A model generated the notes under the pieces. The model searched no databases. It was not told the origin of the DNA and saw nothing but the letters and a program-made list of their open reading frames with translations. From Anthoceros angustus (Eukaryota > Plantae > Anthocerotophyta): a stretch of DNA of 64,000 nt. Numbering within the stretch: the stretch's first letter is position 1; each line of letters starts with the position of its first letter. Location: positions 452,248 to 516,247 of the forward strand of contig MU008199.1 in assembly GCA_010909165.1 (NCBI GenBank). Direction: 5' to 3'. The position numbers were made by a program, and so were the translations under genes. Below are positions 13,548-26,325 of the stretch, one piece after another.

Positions 13548-15593
13548 CTAGATACGGCTCCTGGATCTGCGAGTATTCATTCTACGCAGCAAAAATGTTC
13601 TCGTCTTGGTTCTGGTCTTGGGCAAGCCTTTGACATGTACTTTGCCCATGATCACTGGACCCGGCGGGACACCTGGCTTCATAGCACTTCCTCTGGGAGT
13701 GGCAGCAGGAGGGGTTCGCATGATCTGAGGAGGCAGGGGCCCACAGTGAGGCTTCCAGACTATGTTGTTCTTCAGTGAGATCCTAACCTTCTTCTTGGGC
13801 TTGGGCGTCTCTGCCTCAGCCTGCATGGCTGCACCACCTCCTGGGGTGAGAGGAGACACCTTTTCACCAGATACCCGCTTCCTCTTCTTTTTCCCACCAA
13901 CGCCATTCAGGTCAGTATGACCATCTGCTGCTGCGCGGAGTGGGATGGAGGCAATCGCCTTCTCAAGGTTGGAGACGACAGATTGGTCTACATGCACATC
14001 ACCTTGTTGGCCTTGCTCGACTGGCCCTTCCCTTGCCCCATTGACAGTGGTTGCAGAGTCACCATTTTCTGACACTCCTTGAGCCAGAGCCACACCTGAG
14101 GCTGTACGGATCGAAAAACAAAGTTCAGAGGAATCTTGCTCAAGAGATAAGCTTGGGCTCAAACCTACATCAGCCTCATCCCTTCCTTGTCTTGCCTTCT
14201 TCTTAGTTCCCCTTATGGATCCCTTTGCCCCTTTCCGGGCCCGCCTCAAACTGATCTCCTCTCCTACAGAGCTCTCAGCCTCGTTCTGGCCAATTTCATC
14301 AGGCCTCCCTGCGTTCTCCACCTCAGGAATTTCCTCCACATTCCTGCTCGCTACTTTCCTAGGAGACTTCCTCCTCAAAGGACCCAGTGTGCTCAATTCA
14401 GCTCTCTCGGAACCAGATCCATTGATATCTATAGAACTTCTTCGTTTTTTCCCCACACGGGACCTTACACTCAACTCCGCATCTGCCGCGCTGCAAGCAT
14501 CTGCAAACTTCTTCTTCACCTTCCTGGCGGGCTCAAAGTCCTGAGCATGCCCATGATCATCCACAGAACCGTTAGCACCTACACGTTTTCGAGCTTTCTT
14601 CGTCGCAAGAGCCTTATCAACAGTCTCGATGATCTTCGGAGCCTGCAGAGACTCGTTGGCAGCTCTTTCCTTCCTCCTCAATGAGCTTCTTCTGAGCGAC
14701 TTCTCCAAGCCGGACAAGTCTTTTGGTATCTCTATCCTCAAGGCCGATACTTTAAGATCAAGCCGCGTAAAAGCGTCATGCAATTCAAAAAGAGCCTTCC
14801 GGTTGGCCTGGGGAGTGGAAAGGGCAGAGGCTAGCTCAAACAGACGACCTCTCAAAGTGGAAGTGACAACAAGATTTCCGAAGCTCCTTGCGCCAGCCTC
14901 TTTGTCCTCTCCACCTTGCAGCTGCATCCTATCCGCATACTGGTTCCCATCTTCCAGCAAAGCCTCAAACACCGCTTCCTTCACTCTTGCCAGCACAACC
15001 TTGGACGAGCCTCGGGCAAGAGTGTAAACAAAGGGTTCCAGCAGCAACACAAAAACATCAGCTGAGATGGGTAGAAACTTCCGGAGCTCCTCCACATAAA
15101 CGTCTGCTAAATGAAGGCTGACCCCATCGGCCGCATGCTTATCTTGAGCCAAAAGCGCCATGCCCAGACACCCATCCATGTACTCCTGAACCCTCCCCAT
15201 GTCCCATCTACCCTTCTCAAGAGCCACAAACACATGATTGACGCACTTCCTCAGCAGCAAACAGAACTTATCCAACCGCAACCGATCAATCCCCGCCCAT
15301 TCTCTCCTCAGAGTAGACAGACAAGTCCGCAGATATTGCAATGACGCCCTGGGACTCAAGCTGTCCAGCAGAGAAGCCACTTTTTCTGCCAAGTCCTCCT
15401 GAACTGGCGCCTTGTCCGCATGCCACACGCAGTAGAAGAGAGCTTTCCATATTTTCATCATGTCCTCTTCTCCCAGGTCCCTCTGAGCTGAGAACCATCG
15501 AGTAAGCAGCTTCAGAGCCTTGTCCCGCTCCTTCTTCTCCGACGAGGCCAGCTTCCTTGACAATCCCCGAATGCCATCCCCCTCGCCCCCCAT
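13548..15593 (-). CDS. RRP1: RRP1/Nop52-domain ribosomal RNA processing protein, single exon (681 aa)
   Basis: LASSEKKERDKALKLL, WKALFYCVWHADK, REWAGIDRLRLDKF (Nop52 domain). Plant-type C-terminal KKVRISLKNNIVWKPH..PLPP..TPRGSAMKPGVPPGP. Confidence 0.9.
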   Translation of the reverse strand: MGGEGDGIRGLSRKLASSEKKERDKALKLLTRWFSAQRDLGEEDMMKIWKALFYCVWHADKAPVQEDLAEKVASLLDSLSPRASLQYLRTCLSTLRREWAGIDRLRLDKFCLLLRKCVNHVFVALEKGRWDMGRVQEYMDGCLGMALLAQDKHAADGVSLHLADVYVEELRKFLPISADVFVLLLEPFVYTLARGSSKVVLARVKEAVFEALLEDGNQYADRMQLQGGEDKEAGARSFGNLVVTSTLRGRLFELASALSTPQANRKALFELHDAFTRLDLKVSALRIEIPKDLSGLEKSLRRSSLRRKERAANESLQAPKIIETVDKALATKKARKRVGANGSVDDHGHAQDFEPARKVKKKFADACSAADAELSVRSRVGKKRRSSIDINGSGSERAELSTLGPLRRKSPRKVASRNVEEIPEVENAGRPDEIGQNEAESSVGEEISLRRARKGAKGSIRGTKKKARQGRDEADVGLSPSLSLEQDSSELCFSIRTASGVALAQGVSENGDSATTVNGAREGPVEQGQQGDVHVDQSVVSNLEKAIASIPLRAAADGHTDLNGVGGKKKRKRVSGEKVSPLTPGGGAAMQAEAETPKPKKKVRISLKNNIVWKPHCGPLPPQIMRTPPAATPRGSAMKPGVPPGPVIMGKVHVKGLPKTRTKTRTFLLRRMNTRRSRSRI

Positions 15594-16181
15594 TTGTAAC
15601 CAACTCTGCTGACCAAGCTCACCAGGCCTTCTTCCAGTGAGCGCAGATAGTCACTCGATAGCAGGAACTGCCGTGAGCCCTACAAAACACCACCAATTCA
15701 TGTTGAAACACTGATAGAGAAATTGCGCATGTGTGGAACAGTCCAGCACAATATGCGAAATATGGAAGAGCCCAGCCGGAAACCGAGACAGCCTCGTCTC
15801 GACCTGCTTAGGGTTTACAAAATCACAGGAAGGCGTTGTCGTTAGGTTGTGTTCAAATGTCTGACATCATCCACGGCCTTAAACCCTCGGTCTCCAGAAA
15901 TGCGCCCAACACGATGAGGCAACAACGGGAATTTTACAAACTACACTTGTTTCTACATATGTACGTATATTCACATTGTAGCCTCAATTTGAAGTTTTCA
16001 CTTTCCATAGCGAACCCTGTTTTTTCGGTGGCTCATGCCACATATTTACAACCACGCGACCATGCGGTCGTAGATTAGGGAATTTTCCAAAATACACTTC
16101 TTTCTACATTTGTATTTTCACAAATTCACATAAGAGCTTGCGCTTGCGCTTGCGATTGTGTGACAGCAGCAAACCAGAGCC
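15594..16181. promoter_or_regulatory. Shared divergent promoter of RRP1 and rsmG with telo-box and site II-like motif
   Basis: Head-to-head ATGs at 15593 and 16182. TTAGGGTTT (telo-box) at 15808-15816. AGCCCA (TGGGCT on the minus strand) at 15769-15774. Confidence 0.55.
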
Positions 16182-17697
16182 ATGGCGAGTGCTATGAAGC
16201 TCATGTGGGCGCAAGGAAGCCTGCTGCACAATCTGAGGCTCAGCGGGTCCGTGGGAGTTGGGAGAAAATTGTGTATGCTGGACTGCAGACTGCAGAGCAC
16301 ATGCACCCGGTGGGAACTCAAGGCATCTGCTGCTGTGCAGCCTAGCTTCTCCAGCGTGGAGGCTCAAGTCTCTGTTTCTCCTGCTGCGGAGGTGCAAGAA
16401 GGGAGGGCAGGTGTGCCGTTGCTAGAGGCTTTGGACTCAACGCAGGTGGAGCAAGTGAACAAGTTTGTGGACATCCTTCTGAAATACAACAGTGAGGTCT
16501 GTAGATTGATATCCGACTGTGTGTCTCCTGTTCTGCGGAGCCAGTGGTCCAGGTGGTTGAATGGGTAGGTTTGGGGCGTCGCAGAAATTCAATCTTACAG
16601 CTGTTACAGAGCGTTCCGAGGTGATGGAGAGGCATGTTGAAGACTCACTTGCTTTGCTTCCAGTCATAGAGGCGGCCTATAGACATGATCTTGTGAATTC
16701 ATCGTCGGGTCAGCTCAAGATCGTGGATGTCGGGAGTGGAGCAGGGCTGCCGGGGGTGATTCTAGCCATTGCCAGACCAGGTGTGGTTATGTCTTTCCTA
16801 TGGCCTTAAAGAGTACCTGCTGTCTCCTTTCTCTGCATTTGTCCCCGATACCTAGCACGATGGTGGCTACCTGCCAATGATGCTTGGCACACTGGTAGAG
16901 TGGCAGATTACATTGTTGGACTCAACACTAAAACGGTGCAAGTTTATGAAGGACGCCGCTGAACACTCAGGATTGGGGAACATAGCTGTAGTTAACAGCC
17001 GGGCAGAGGTTCGTTTGCCCATTTTTGCACTTTGATTTTTCTGCTCTGCACGAAATCCGAGCTGTACCTTGAGTACTCAATGTCCAGGATGCAGGACAAA
17101 GTGAAGTCTATCGGGAGAGATTCGACGTTGCAGTGGCAAGAGCTCTTGCAGAGATGAGGGTACTAGGTACATCGTCTTGGTTCTTCCCCGAGAGCAAATC
17201 CATCGTTCTTCGCATTGCGTTATGATTGCTGATGAAGTAATATTCACTAACCTCTACTGCTTTGGTTCTCTTGCCCAGCTGAACTATGCTTACCACTGGT
17301 CCGAGTTGGAGGGTTTGTGGTAGCTGCCAAAGGAGCAAATCCTCAGGTAAAGTCCAACGCTGTGCAACAGTGATCTTCTGGCTGGATCTGCTGGATCTCT
17401 CTAATCAGCCCTCCCACTAACTCAGGACGAGGTTGAGGGTGCACAGAAGGCTGTCTCGATGCTTGGAGGTCGTATCTTACCTGTGACAACAGGTATTATA
17501 TGCCTCAATTCAGGATCAATTGTAGAGACAGGTGGGTTGCACCACGTGATGGTTCTAAATTCATCCTGTTGCTGTCCTTCGCAGTGCAATCTGTCGGGCC
17601 ACTAGGACCCAGAACTGCTGTCGTTTGCTCTAAAGAGCAATCCACACCTTCAAAGTATCCACGACGAGCAGGGACCCCCCAGAAAAAACCCCTTTGA
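16182..17697 (+). CDS. rsmG: 16S rRNA m7G methyltransferase RsmG/GidB, organelle-targeted, 7 exons
   Basis: FNLTAV...HVEDSL, IVDVGSGAGLPGVILAIARP, ITLLDS..KRC.F, FDVAVARALAEM..LAELCLPLVRVGG.VVAAKG, PSKYPRRAGTPQKKPL. The N-terminus resembles a transit peptide. Confidence 0.92.
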
Positions 17698-17941
17698 GCA
17701 TTTGCGGATGGGGAAATTTGGATACAGAAAAGGAACCGGGGGTCGGCTTGAGTAGCACAGACAAGAATTGCAAGGTGGGGGGGGCAGGTGCATTACACCA
17801 TGTTGCATACCAGTATATTTTACTAGTAAATATATTATACATATAACTAACATTGAACATTCGGGCTAATGAGCCAACTAAGCTAAGGTGCATAGTACAA
17901 AGGTATGGATAAGATAAATGCTAGGCAGCCGGGAAGGTTGC

Positions 17942-20900
17942 TTAGAAGGTGGATTTCCGAAGCTTGGGTCCTGCAGAGAGCTTGATGTCTTCATATGGTT
18001 CCTCCTGCTCCACGTGAATATAATCTTTAGTCTTCAGCACCTGTTTTGCGTCATGCGCGAGCATCCCTTAGAAACCTCATTACTCACCCAAATGGCACGG
18101 AAAAAATACTTCTAGATGGAGACCATACCAACGTCTCGAAAAACATCCTTGCAGCTTCTTTCCTGGTCTTTCCCACAAGAGTCCGTTCCAATCCAAGTTT
18201 GGCTGGGGCACTCGGTAGACCTTCAACTCTGTTCAGTTTCATTTCCATGGCATCTAGGGTGGCCTTCAGATATCGTCCCACAGCCCTAAGTACCACACAG
18301 AAGGTTGGAACAGATACACACAGAAAACAGTCACAATCATCCAAAGAGGAGTTAGGCCTACACCAACCTTGTCCGTACGGACCAGCCACTGTTGTCCTGT
18401 ACAAGAGGTTCGTCCTGGTTATAATCTCTCGTATCCACATACTCATCGGCATCCATTTCAAGATCCCCATCGTCTCCCGTCCTGTAGACTGAATCACAGT
18501 GACAAAGAGATGGAGCTGAGATCATGCACTACTGCACCGGGACAGGCAAGGTCTTTCAGAAGAGTTAAAGATCGCTACCTGTTTCTTGAGCATCAGCAAG
18601 AAAGCCAAGATCCTGCACCAAATCATGCAAGCTCAGATAACGTTGTTGTGCAAATAGCTAGACAGCAAATTGTCAAACATGAAACTTCACCTACCTCCCG
18701 GTTGTTCAATTCTTCCGGGCTAGCATGGGTTGCTCCATTCATATAAGCATCCCCTGTAATTGGATCACCATTTTCTAGAGAGCTTCCACCTGGAGGAACT
18801 TCGTGAGACGTCCCATCTGCATCAGCTGATACCGCAGAGTCATCACCAACAATCTCTGGCGACTGAGCCTGGTGGTCACCGACGTCTTGTAGACAGTCGC
18901 CTTCATCATGCCCCTTATCTGACATATCATGGTCTTCATGATAACTGATCTCTGGATGAGGATCTATCTTGCTGGTCTCTTGCACAATACTAGTGTCTCC
19001 AACAGTATCAGTTCCCACCTCAGCACCGATCACCTGAATAACGCTAGCTGCTACCCCTGGATGAGTATCAGGAACAGATTCAGAGTGTTCAATCTCTTGA
19101 TGAGCTTCATTGACCCGTGCCTCTGCAAAGAGACCTGCTTGGGATGCGTCTTGTTGATAGCTTTGGGTCTCCAAGTTTGCGTGGGTTGGTGGGAAATACG
19201 GTTCCGTTTCAATGTCTGCTTCACTTCTAACAAGCAACTGCTCTGCCTCCTTTGATTTATCCGCTTCTTGCACCACAGGACCACTGGCATCGGCTTGAGC
19301 TGTACACACCTCAGTTTCCTGGAGCTGGAACTCCAACTGCTGCTCAACCTGTTTCAGACTCTCTTGCTCTAGACTAGCATTATCAAATGCCTCCCATTCT
19401 AAAAGAACAGCCTCTCGAGCTGCTTGTCGTGCTGCTTCATCCTCATCCACCGCTTCCTCTGCAGGTCCAACCTCTGCTTCATTGTCAGGCCCATGAAACT
19501 CCACGAGTCCATCCTGAACAGTCTCATTCAACATGGTATTCTGGTCTTCCATGACAGTATCATTCTCTGGGCTTTCTGCCCAATCTACAGTCAAGAGCAA
19601 GACAGAGGTCGATCAGGTGGTACATGATGATGGGTCTATCTTATATGCTGAGAAAGAAGAGGATGAAGGAGACAATATTAAGGAGGCACCAACCTTTGCC
19701 ATCAGTTGCATTTGCAGTTTGATGGGGTTGTTCTGGAGATATCTGTTGCTGAGCCTCTTGATGAGAATCTTCATGTCCATTTTCCTCAGGAATTGGAACT
19801 TCCATCATAGCAGCAGCTGGAGCATATCCGGCACTGTGAATATCATTCTCAATGTCTTCATTGCCAAGGTCAAGCTCAAGGGTTTTTTCCTTGTCAAGTG
19901 ACATGTCATGCATTCCTGGCCTAGGTAGGTTGGCCCCACCAAATACGCACACTCGGTGAAATAGATCACGGAGCTCCGGACATAGACCTGGAGATGAAGA
20001 CCTTAGACCACCGAAGGATGTATCACACAACATTCAACACTTAATTTGACTTGTGCTAAGACACCTAAATCAATCTGTTATAGAACTAACACACACCAGG
20101 AACTGATGGATCATGGAAACCATTGTTGGCCTGCAGTTCTCTCTGTAAGAGCCAAAATTCACGGCGCGTGCAAGGTGCCTTTTTCCGGACTCGTCGAATA
20201 TCAGCAGTGTTCACCAGCTGATCTCTCATGGCCCTGCCAAAAAAGTAGTCATGAACATCACGCCCCTTGTTGAAATCATTCAGATGTAGCAGGAACGGAC
20301 AGAGTCCCATCATCTGGCGGGAACTGCTTCCTGCACAAAAAATGTGAGCCCTTACTCTGCTTGTATAACTGTCCGGAGGTCGAAAAGGTCAAACACAGCT
20401 TTTCGCTTCTTTGACACCCTTGGCTTCACAGTCTTTGGCGCAATTGCTGCAAGAGGAGTTGGAACAACTCCCAGAGCAGGGGTACCTCTTCCTGCAACAC
20501 CAGAGCTTTCACTTCTAAGTTCCTCTTCCGATAATCCACCCATGTCTTCACTCTGACACAAAGGAGCAATCCCTTTGTTGAGAACAGCCTAAGGTGCAAA
20601 ACGTGTTTTAAAGAACCAAGGGTAGCATAAGTTTTCCTCTACCTCCCAGAAGCTCTGCCAGAACATCGTTGTCCTCAGGCACATCATGCTCATTCCCAGG
20701 AGATGCTAGATGTGGACTAGAATGTTCTCGCACAACCATAGCACCCTCCATAACATGATCATGTTCAATTGCTACTGGTAAAACGTCCTCCATTATTTCA
20801 TCCACATTCTCTGCAGCATGCTGCTGTTCAGCTATCGTTTCAGAGGGTGATCCCTTGTCAATCTCAAACAAGTCAGGCTCCTTCTCCACAATGTCCACCA

Positions 20901-23276
20901 CAGACCTAACAACCTCATACTCTGGAACTTCGTGAGGAGATCTCTGACCATCTTCTGGACTGATAATGATGTTATCTTCATCCTCATCATGCACCTGCAC
21001 ATTTTGAGCTGTACCCACTGCATCATCCTTATGCAGCTGCTGGTCAAGCTCCTGAGGTGTTTCAGGTGTTCCGTTGTCATGCACACCATCCACTGAATTG
21101 GCTGCACGCACTTCATTGGACACGCCATGGAGAGGCTCAGCATCCTCTTCATGTACAGACACCACAGACTCCTGCGGATTAGGGCCTTCGGCTTCCTCTG
21201 CTACGTTCTCCTCATCCCTCGTAACTATGCCATCTTTATCCCGCCCATGTTCATCCATTTTTTCAATGCCAGCACCAATGGATATAGCCCCCCCAAATGT
21301 ATCCTCATTTTCCTTGTTAGTCTCATGTTCTTTGTCCTCCATGTCCTGAGCTTCCACAGTATCTGTTGAGTTTAAAGTCTTTCCATGAGCTGACATCTCT
21401 GAATCTGGCAACCCACTTGGATTCCTCAAACCGTCTTCACCATCCTGCACCACGGCTAACTCTGCACCACCTACTTCAGGAAGAATAGGAGGTGTATGAG
21501 GACTCTGGTGCTGTTGCTCAAAGTCCATGTCATCATCAGCAGCTAAAGAAGAGGGCTCAAGTCGTTCATCATCCAACATTGGCTGCATTTCTATAGAGTG
21601 GCCGAACAGCTCATCTTCGTCTCCTCTGTCCTGGACAACCGCTGGACTGGCCGGGTCATTTTCATTGGCATCCACATCCATCCGATCAAAGTCAAGTTCC
21701 TCATCCTCAGGCATCGGAGCCAGCTGACTGCACAGACCAGAGAACAAGATAATTTATCTACGAGAACAGCACATTAGGAAATAGCTAGCACTTGCTATCT
21801 GCGTTTTGCAAATATGACAAAGAAATCAGACATAGCAGCACTTACTCTTCTTCTAGAGTTGTCACAGGACTCTGCTCCCGCTCATAAGTTTTATCGAGCA
21901 GCTCCTATAGAAGACCATCAGCAAGGCCTCGGCAGAAGCACAAAAACAATTGCCAGCCAAATTGCAGAAAAAGATCTAAAATGGTGGCAAAATATACCTC
22001 TTCAAAATCAATCCCCAGTTTGTCAGCATCACCCTCAGGAAATCTCTCTGTAATACAGCACCTTGTATCACATTAGTTGTGAATAATGATAGCCACTCCA
22101 TTCAGCAACTGATGAAGGATTCTTGTACAACGCAAACTCTACACAACCCTCACATGAGGCAAGCATGAACACTCAACGTCATCAAAGCATGGAAATCAAG
22201 CCCTTGGAAACGTTACATACCATCCATGTCGAATGAGGCAAGGTACACATCATCCCCCAAGGGATCCCGCAGAGTAATCTGCTCTCGGCTGGTAACATGA
22301 TGGTCAGCGGAACTACTACTGCCATCACAATCCCACACGGGGGAACAAGTTTGATAAGCACGGCAACTAACGAGTTTCAGCTGCACACAATCTAACACAA
22401 AGAAAGGCAAAGCAGTAGTACACGAGTCCACAGCGAAATTTGACACAAGAGAGCTTACGTAAAGAGGGCATTGGATTCACGCTCAGGCAATGGCTCCAGC
22501 TCATCAAGATCGAAATTTTCAGGGATGGTGATGGAGTGAAAGGGTGCAGTAGCTGCATCTGGCGGGAGATCGACAGCGCCCGAGTGGAAGGCCTGCTTGA
22601 TCTTTGTAAGAGCCTCGCTGCAGTCATGGAATAAATAATTGACTTTCCTCGAATAAATCCTCACCACCCCAAGCAACAGGTGGCCGGATAATCTCAGCGC
22701 AATAGGAACTTCTGGAAAGAGGATGGAGTCTGCTTCCAACCCACGGGAACCCAGTTAGAACTGAGACCCTGAAGCCTTTGGCAGACCAGGGAAACACTCC
22801 AAAAGACCGGCCCGAAGAACTGCAAAAATAACAGGCTACCCTGAAGCTTGGGATTGGAACAGCTCAACTGCGTACAGACAGAACAGCTCAAGCAGTGTCG
22901 AACAGAAACAGGCATCTCATTGCACAACACACAACAGGTGTACAGGCAACACGGCTATCTTCCTTGGCCTAGGGAAGCCCAGCACGGCTTTAGAACGGCC
23001 TGCTCAACACCGTTAGGAAGCAACAGCCTTCAGAGTCCCTAACACTGGGATCCTGACTGAGCTGCACACCACACAGGAGGCCAATTCTGAACCCAAACAC
23101 CCGGCAGCACTGAGACGCCCAAGGCCCGTCCACGCTCCACAGAAGCACTTACCAACAGACACACTGATGTTGGTCTCAGTCACTTGGTTCTTCCGCAATT
23201 TCCTTTCCAAATGAGCCGCTATCCATATGGTTCCCAGCGGCCCTTTCTTTGCCAAAATGAACTGCGAGTAGAACAT
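17942..23276 (-). CDS. RAD21: RAD21/SCC1 alpha-kleisin cohesin subunit (mitotic SYN4-like type), multi-exon
   Basis: ATG 23276 [32 protein letters not shown]; [25 protein letters not shown]; [21 protein letters not shown]; C-terminal winged helix [43 protein letters not shown]. Stop at 17942-17944. Confidence 0.95.
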
Positions 23277-24056
23277 CTTGACGCGCCTGCTGAATTGGGC
23301 TAGCAGAGCAGCCCTAGGAGCGGGCAGACGCAGCCAGGCGTCCCGCCGTACCCACAAATGCTGCTGTCACGACCCAACAGCTCCAGCCCACGCCTTGTGA
23401 TGCCTGCAGCTGCTGCGCAAAAGGCGCCAAATTGCAGTCCTCATTGCCTCCTGGAGGCTACCGCGGGCGGGAGAGCTTCAAGTCCGAAGCACAGCCCGGC
23501 ACTTCCACTTAACTATTTTTGTCTTTTCAAGTTTTCAGTTCAGCACCGTATGTCCTATTCTTGTATGCCGATGAATCCAAAATGGTTATGTAGGGGCTCT
23601 TTTCATAATTTAAACCATGGAATGTAGTTTTAGTTAATGCAGGCCCTTCCTTATTCCAAAATGAACTGCAGTAGAACATCTTGACGCGCCTGCTGAATTG
23701 GGCTAGCAGAGCAGCCCTAGGAGCGGGCAGACGCAGCCAGGCGTCCCGCCGTACCCACAAATGCTGCTGTCGACCCAACAGCTCCAGCCCACGCCTTGTG
23801 ATGCCTGCAGCTGCTGCGCAAAAGGCGCCAAATTGCAGTCCTCATTGCCTCCTGGAGGCTACCGCGGGCGGGAGAGCTTCAAGTCCGAAGCACAGCCCGG
23901 CACTTCCACTTAACTATTTTTGTCTTTTCAAGTTTTCAGTTCAGCACCGTATGTCCTATTCTTGTATGCCGATGAATCCAAAATGGTTATGTAGGGGCTC
24001 TTTTCATAATTTAAACCATGGAATGTAGTTTTAGTTAATGCAGGCCCTTCCTTATT
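23252..24056. repeat. Tandem duplication (404 + 401 bp) of the RAD21 promoter, 5' UTR and first about 8 codons
   Basis: Copy 1 is 23252-23655 and copy 2 is 23656-24056. They look identical apart from a 1-bp and a 2-bp deletion in copy 2. Confidence 0.93.
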
Positions 24057-24463
24057 CCGCAAAATGACATCTTGGGGAGCACTAGGTTGTTTCATGATAT
24101 GATAGACAATTATACGTGCTAGTTTCCCTTGACATGGGATGTTTTAAAGGGTTTTTTCTCATTAGCGTAGTGTAGATGGGACTTCCCAAATATTTATAAA
24201 GTCTTCACATTCTCTTGCAGTTAATGTTAGGAATATTGAGAAGTATATAATAAATTTAAAATTATAAATAACACAAAATAAATATACGGTTCGTATGAAT
24301 TAGATTTTCGTATATTTTTAAGAAAAACTATTTTATTTACAAAATTTCAGACACTTTTTCTCTATCCATATTCTTTAAAACAGGATTCATAAAATCATCT
24401 AACTTTTGAATCAAAGTGCTCTTGAATAAGTCATTGCAGTTAAGTCCACAGTGATATCTACAC

Positions 24464-26143
24464 TCAAACCTCACTGCCCCCATAATAAACTCCTGTACCA
24501 TCCGCATTATAAGTATTATTTGCATGATAGTCGGCAATCACAATATATGGTTGTGGATAGTTTTGATTGATTTGAACCTTTGTAGGAAAAATGGCAACAT
24601 CATTCGCATTGATGTAATGAATATCCGATATGTATGAAGCGTTTGGCCAACCAAAGTTACCCTGAACTCCACTTCCCATGGATGTGTGCGTCAAAGGTTC
24701 ACCAGTCACTTGTCCACCCTATTCGACACGCATAGCCGCATCATGTAGACAAGAATATTTGCCAAGAGCATTCTGTGGCCAATATCCAATCCACTCGTTG
24801 TGGACCTTCACCCACCAACTTGAACTACTTGGCGGTGCCTGCAATTGACTTAGACCACAACATATTATTAGTTTATTCAAGGATTGATGAGTTTATATTA
24901 CCATTAGATTCTCTATATAGGAATACCATATCAAACTTATTGAACATTGGTACTTTCTTTGCTAGAGTCCAAAAATCAAAGAAATACAACTTCTATTCTA
25001 CTGGAAGATTTCTTGCGATATAGTAGAAATGATAAATACCAACAGTATCCATCATTGCTGCTCCCAAAACTATAGTACCAGTAGTTTGAATACCAACTTG
25101 AACTACTTGGCGGTGCCTGCAATTGACTTAGACCACAACATATTATTAGTTTATTCAAGGATTGATGAGTTTATATTACCATTAGATTCTCTATATAGGA
25201 ATACCATATCAAACTTATTGAACATTGGTACTTTCTTTGCTAGAGTCCAAAAATCAAAGAAATACAACTTCTATTCTACTGGAAGATTTCTTGCGATATA
25301 GTAGAAATGATAAATACCAACAGTATCCATCATTGCTGCTCCCAAAACTATAGTACCAGTAGTTTGAATAAATCCACCACAATCCATATTTAACACGCTT
25401 GTAGATTAGGTCCCTATATAATTCATTAAAATTATGTTATCAAGGATTTTCTATATTTTAAGTGAAAAAGTGAGAAAGAACTATCAAGCCAAACATATAT
25501 TAAGCATATCAAACCAAACAAATGTTAGATGTCATCTTCTCTCAATAGAACTAAACATGCAAAACAGATGTGGAAAGACATATTGCCACTAAGTAGACAT
25601 AGTAACATGGAAGGTTATCTTTAAACCGATATAAATATATCTACACAAAATTTTGAAAGTTGACTAATTTTAAACAAGGAAAAATATTTGATATTTAATT
25701 CTATTCAAATAATATTTTTAAGAAAAAAACTTACACTGTTTCAAAAGATTTGTGACAATCTAAATCTATATTCTTCAATGTAACCATTGATGTACTAATA
25801 TCCAACTCACTTTTCATTGTGGGCACAAATTGTTGGATGTTACCTTGTACACCATAAAATTTTGAATCTGCGAGATATACTACTGCGTGGAACTAAGGTA
25901 CAGGGATTATATAGATGTGTTATAATTTCATCTATTGACATACAACCTTATCATTTTCTACATGATATTCATAAAATTAAATAAATAATCTATGAGGTAC
26001 AATAATACTTGGCTTCTAGGTGCTATTTGGTTAGAGCCGCTTTTGTGACCTTGTTCATGTACTATAGGAATGGAACCCTTAGGGAAAGTACCAACTTCAT
26101 GATGAAACAATTGCCACTTAGGGGTTGTCTGCTTTCCTTCCAA
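24464..26143 (-). pseudogene. Neprosin-like (DUF239/DUF4409) peptidase pseudogene
   Basis: Collinear pieces: QLFHHEVGTFPKGSIPI (activation peptide), HAVVYLADSKFYGVQGNI, CGGFIQTTGTIVLGAA, WWVKVHNEWIGYWP, VE*GGQV (TAG at 24719-24721 where W is expected), THTSMGSG, ASYISDIHYIN, YYGG. Also carries an internal duplication. Confidence 0.8.
24815..25370. repeat. 278-bp tandem duplication inside the neprosin pseudogene
   Basis: 24815-25092 is repeated at 25093-25370 with no difference I could see. Confidence 0.93.
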
Positions 26144-26325
26144 GTAAACATGATATGGTAGGTCCTATTTTATTCAAGTCAGTAAAGCAAGCTATTCACC
26201 ATGACAATCAAGTGTAAGCATCAAAATCTCAACTCATAACATCGATAGCACGCACCTCAATGATATAATCCTTCATAGACAGTGTTGTAAAGATGGTTGT
26301 TCTTGAATTGGAATGCAATCCACAA

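Noticed and set aside
23277-23357. In-frame N-terminal extension of RAD21 in the ORF track (MWVRRDAW...)
   Set aside because: It starts at a non-ATG codon, and the conserved protein begins at MFYSQ (ATG 23276).
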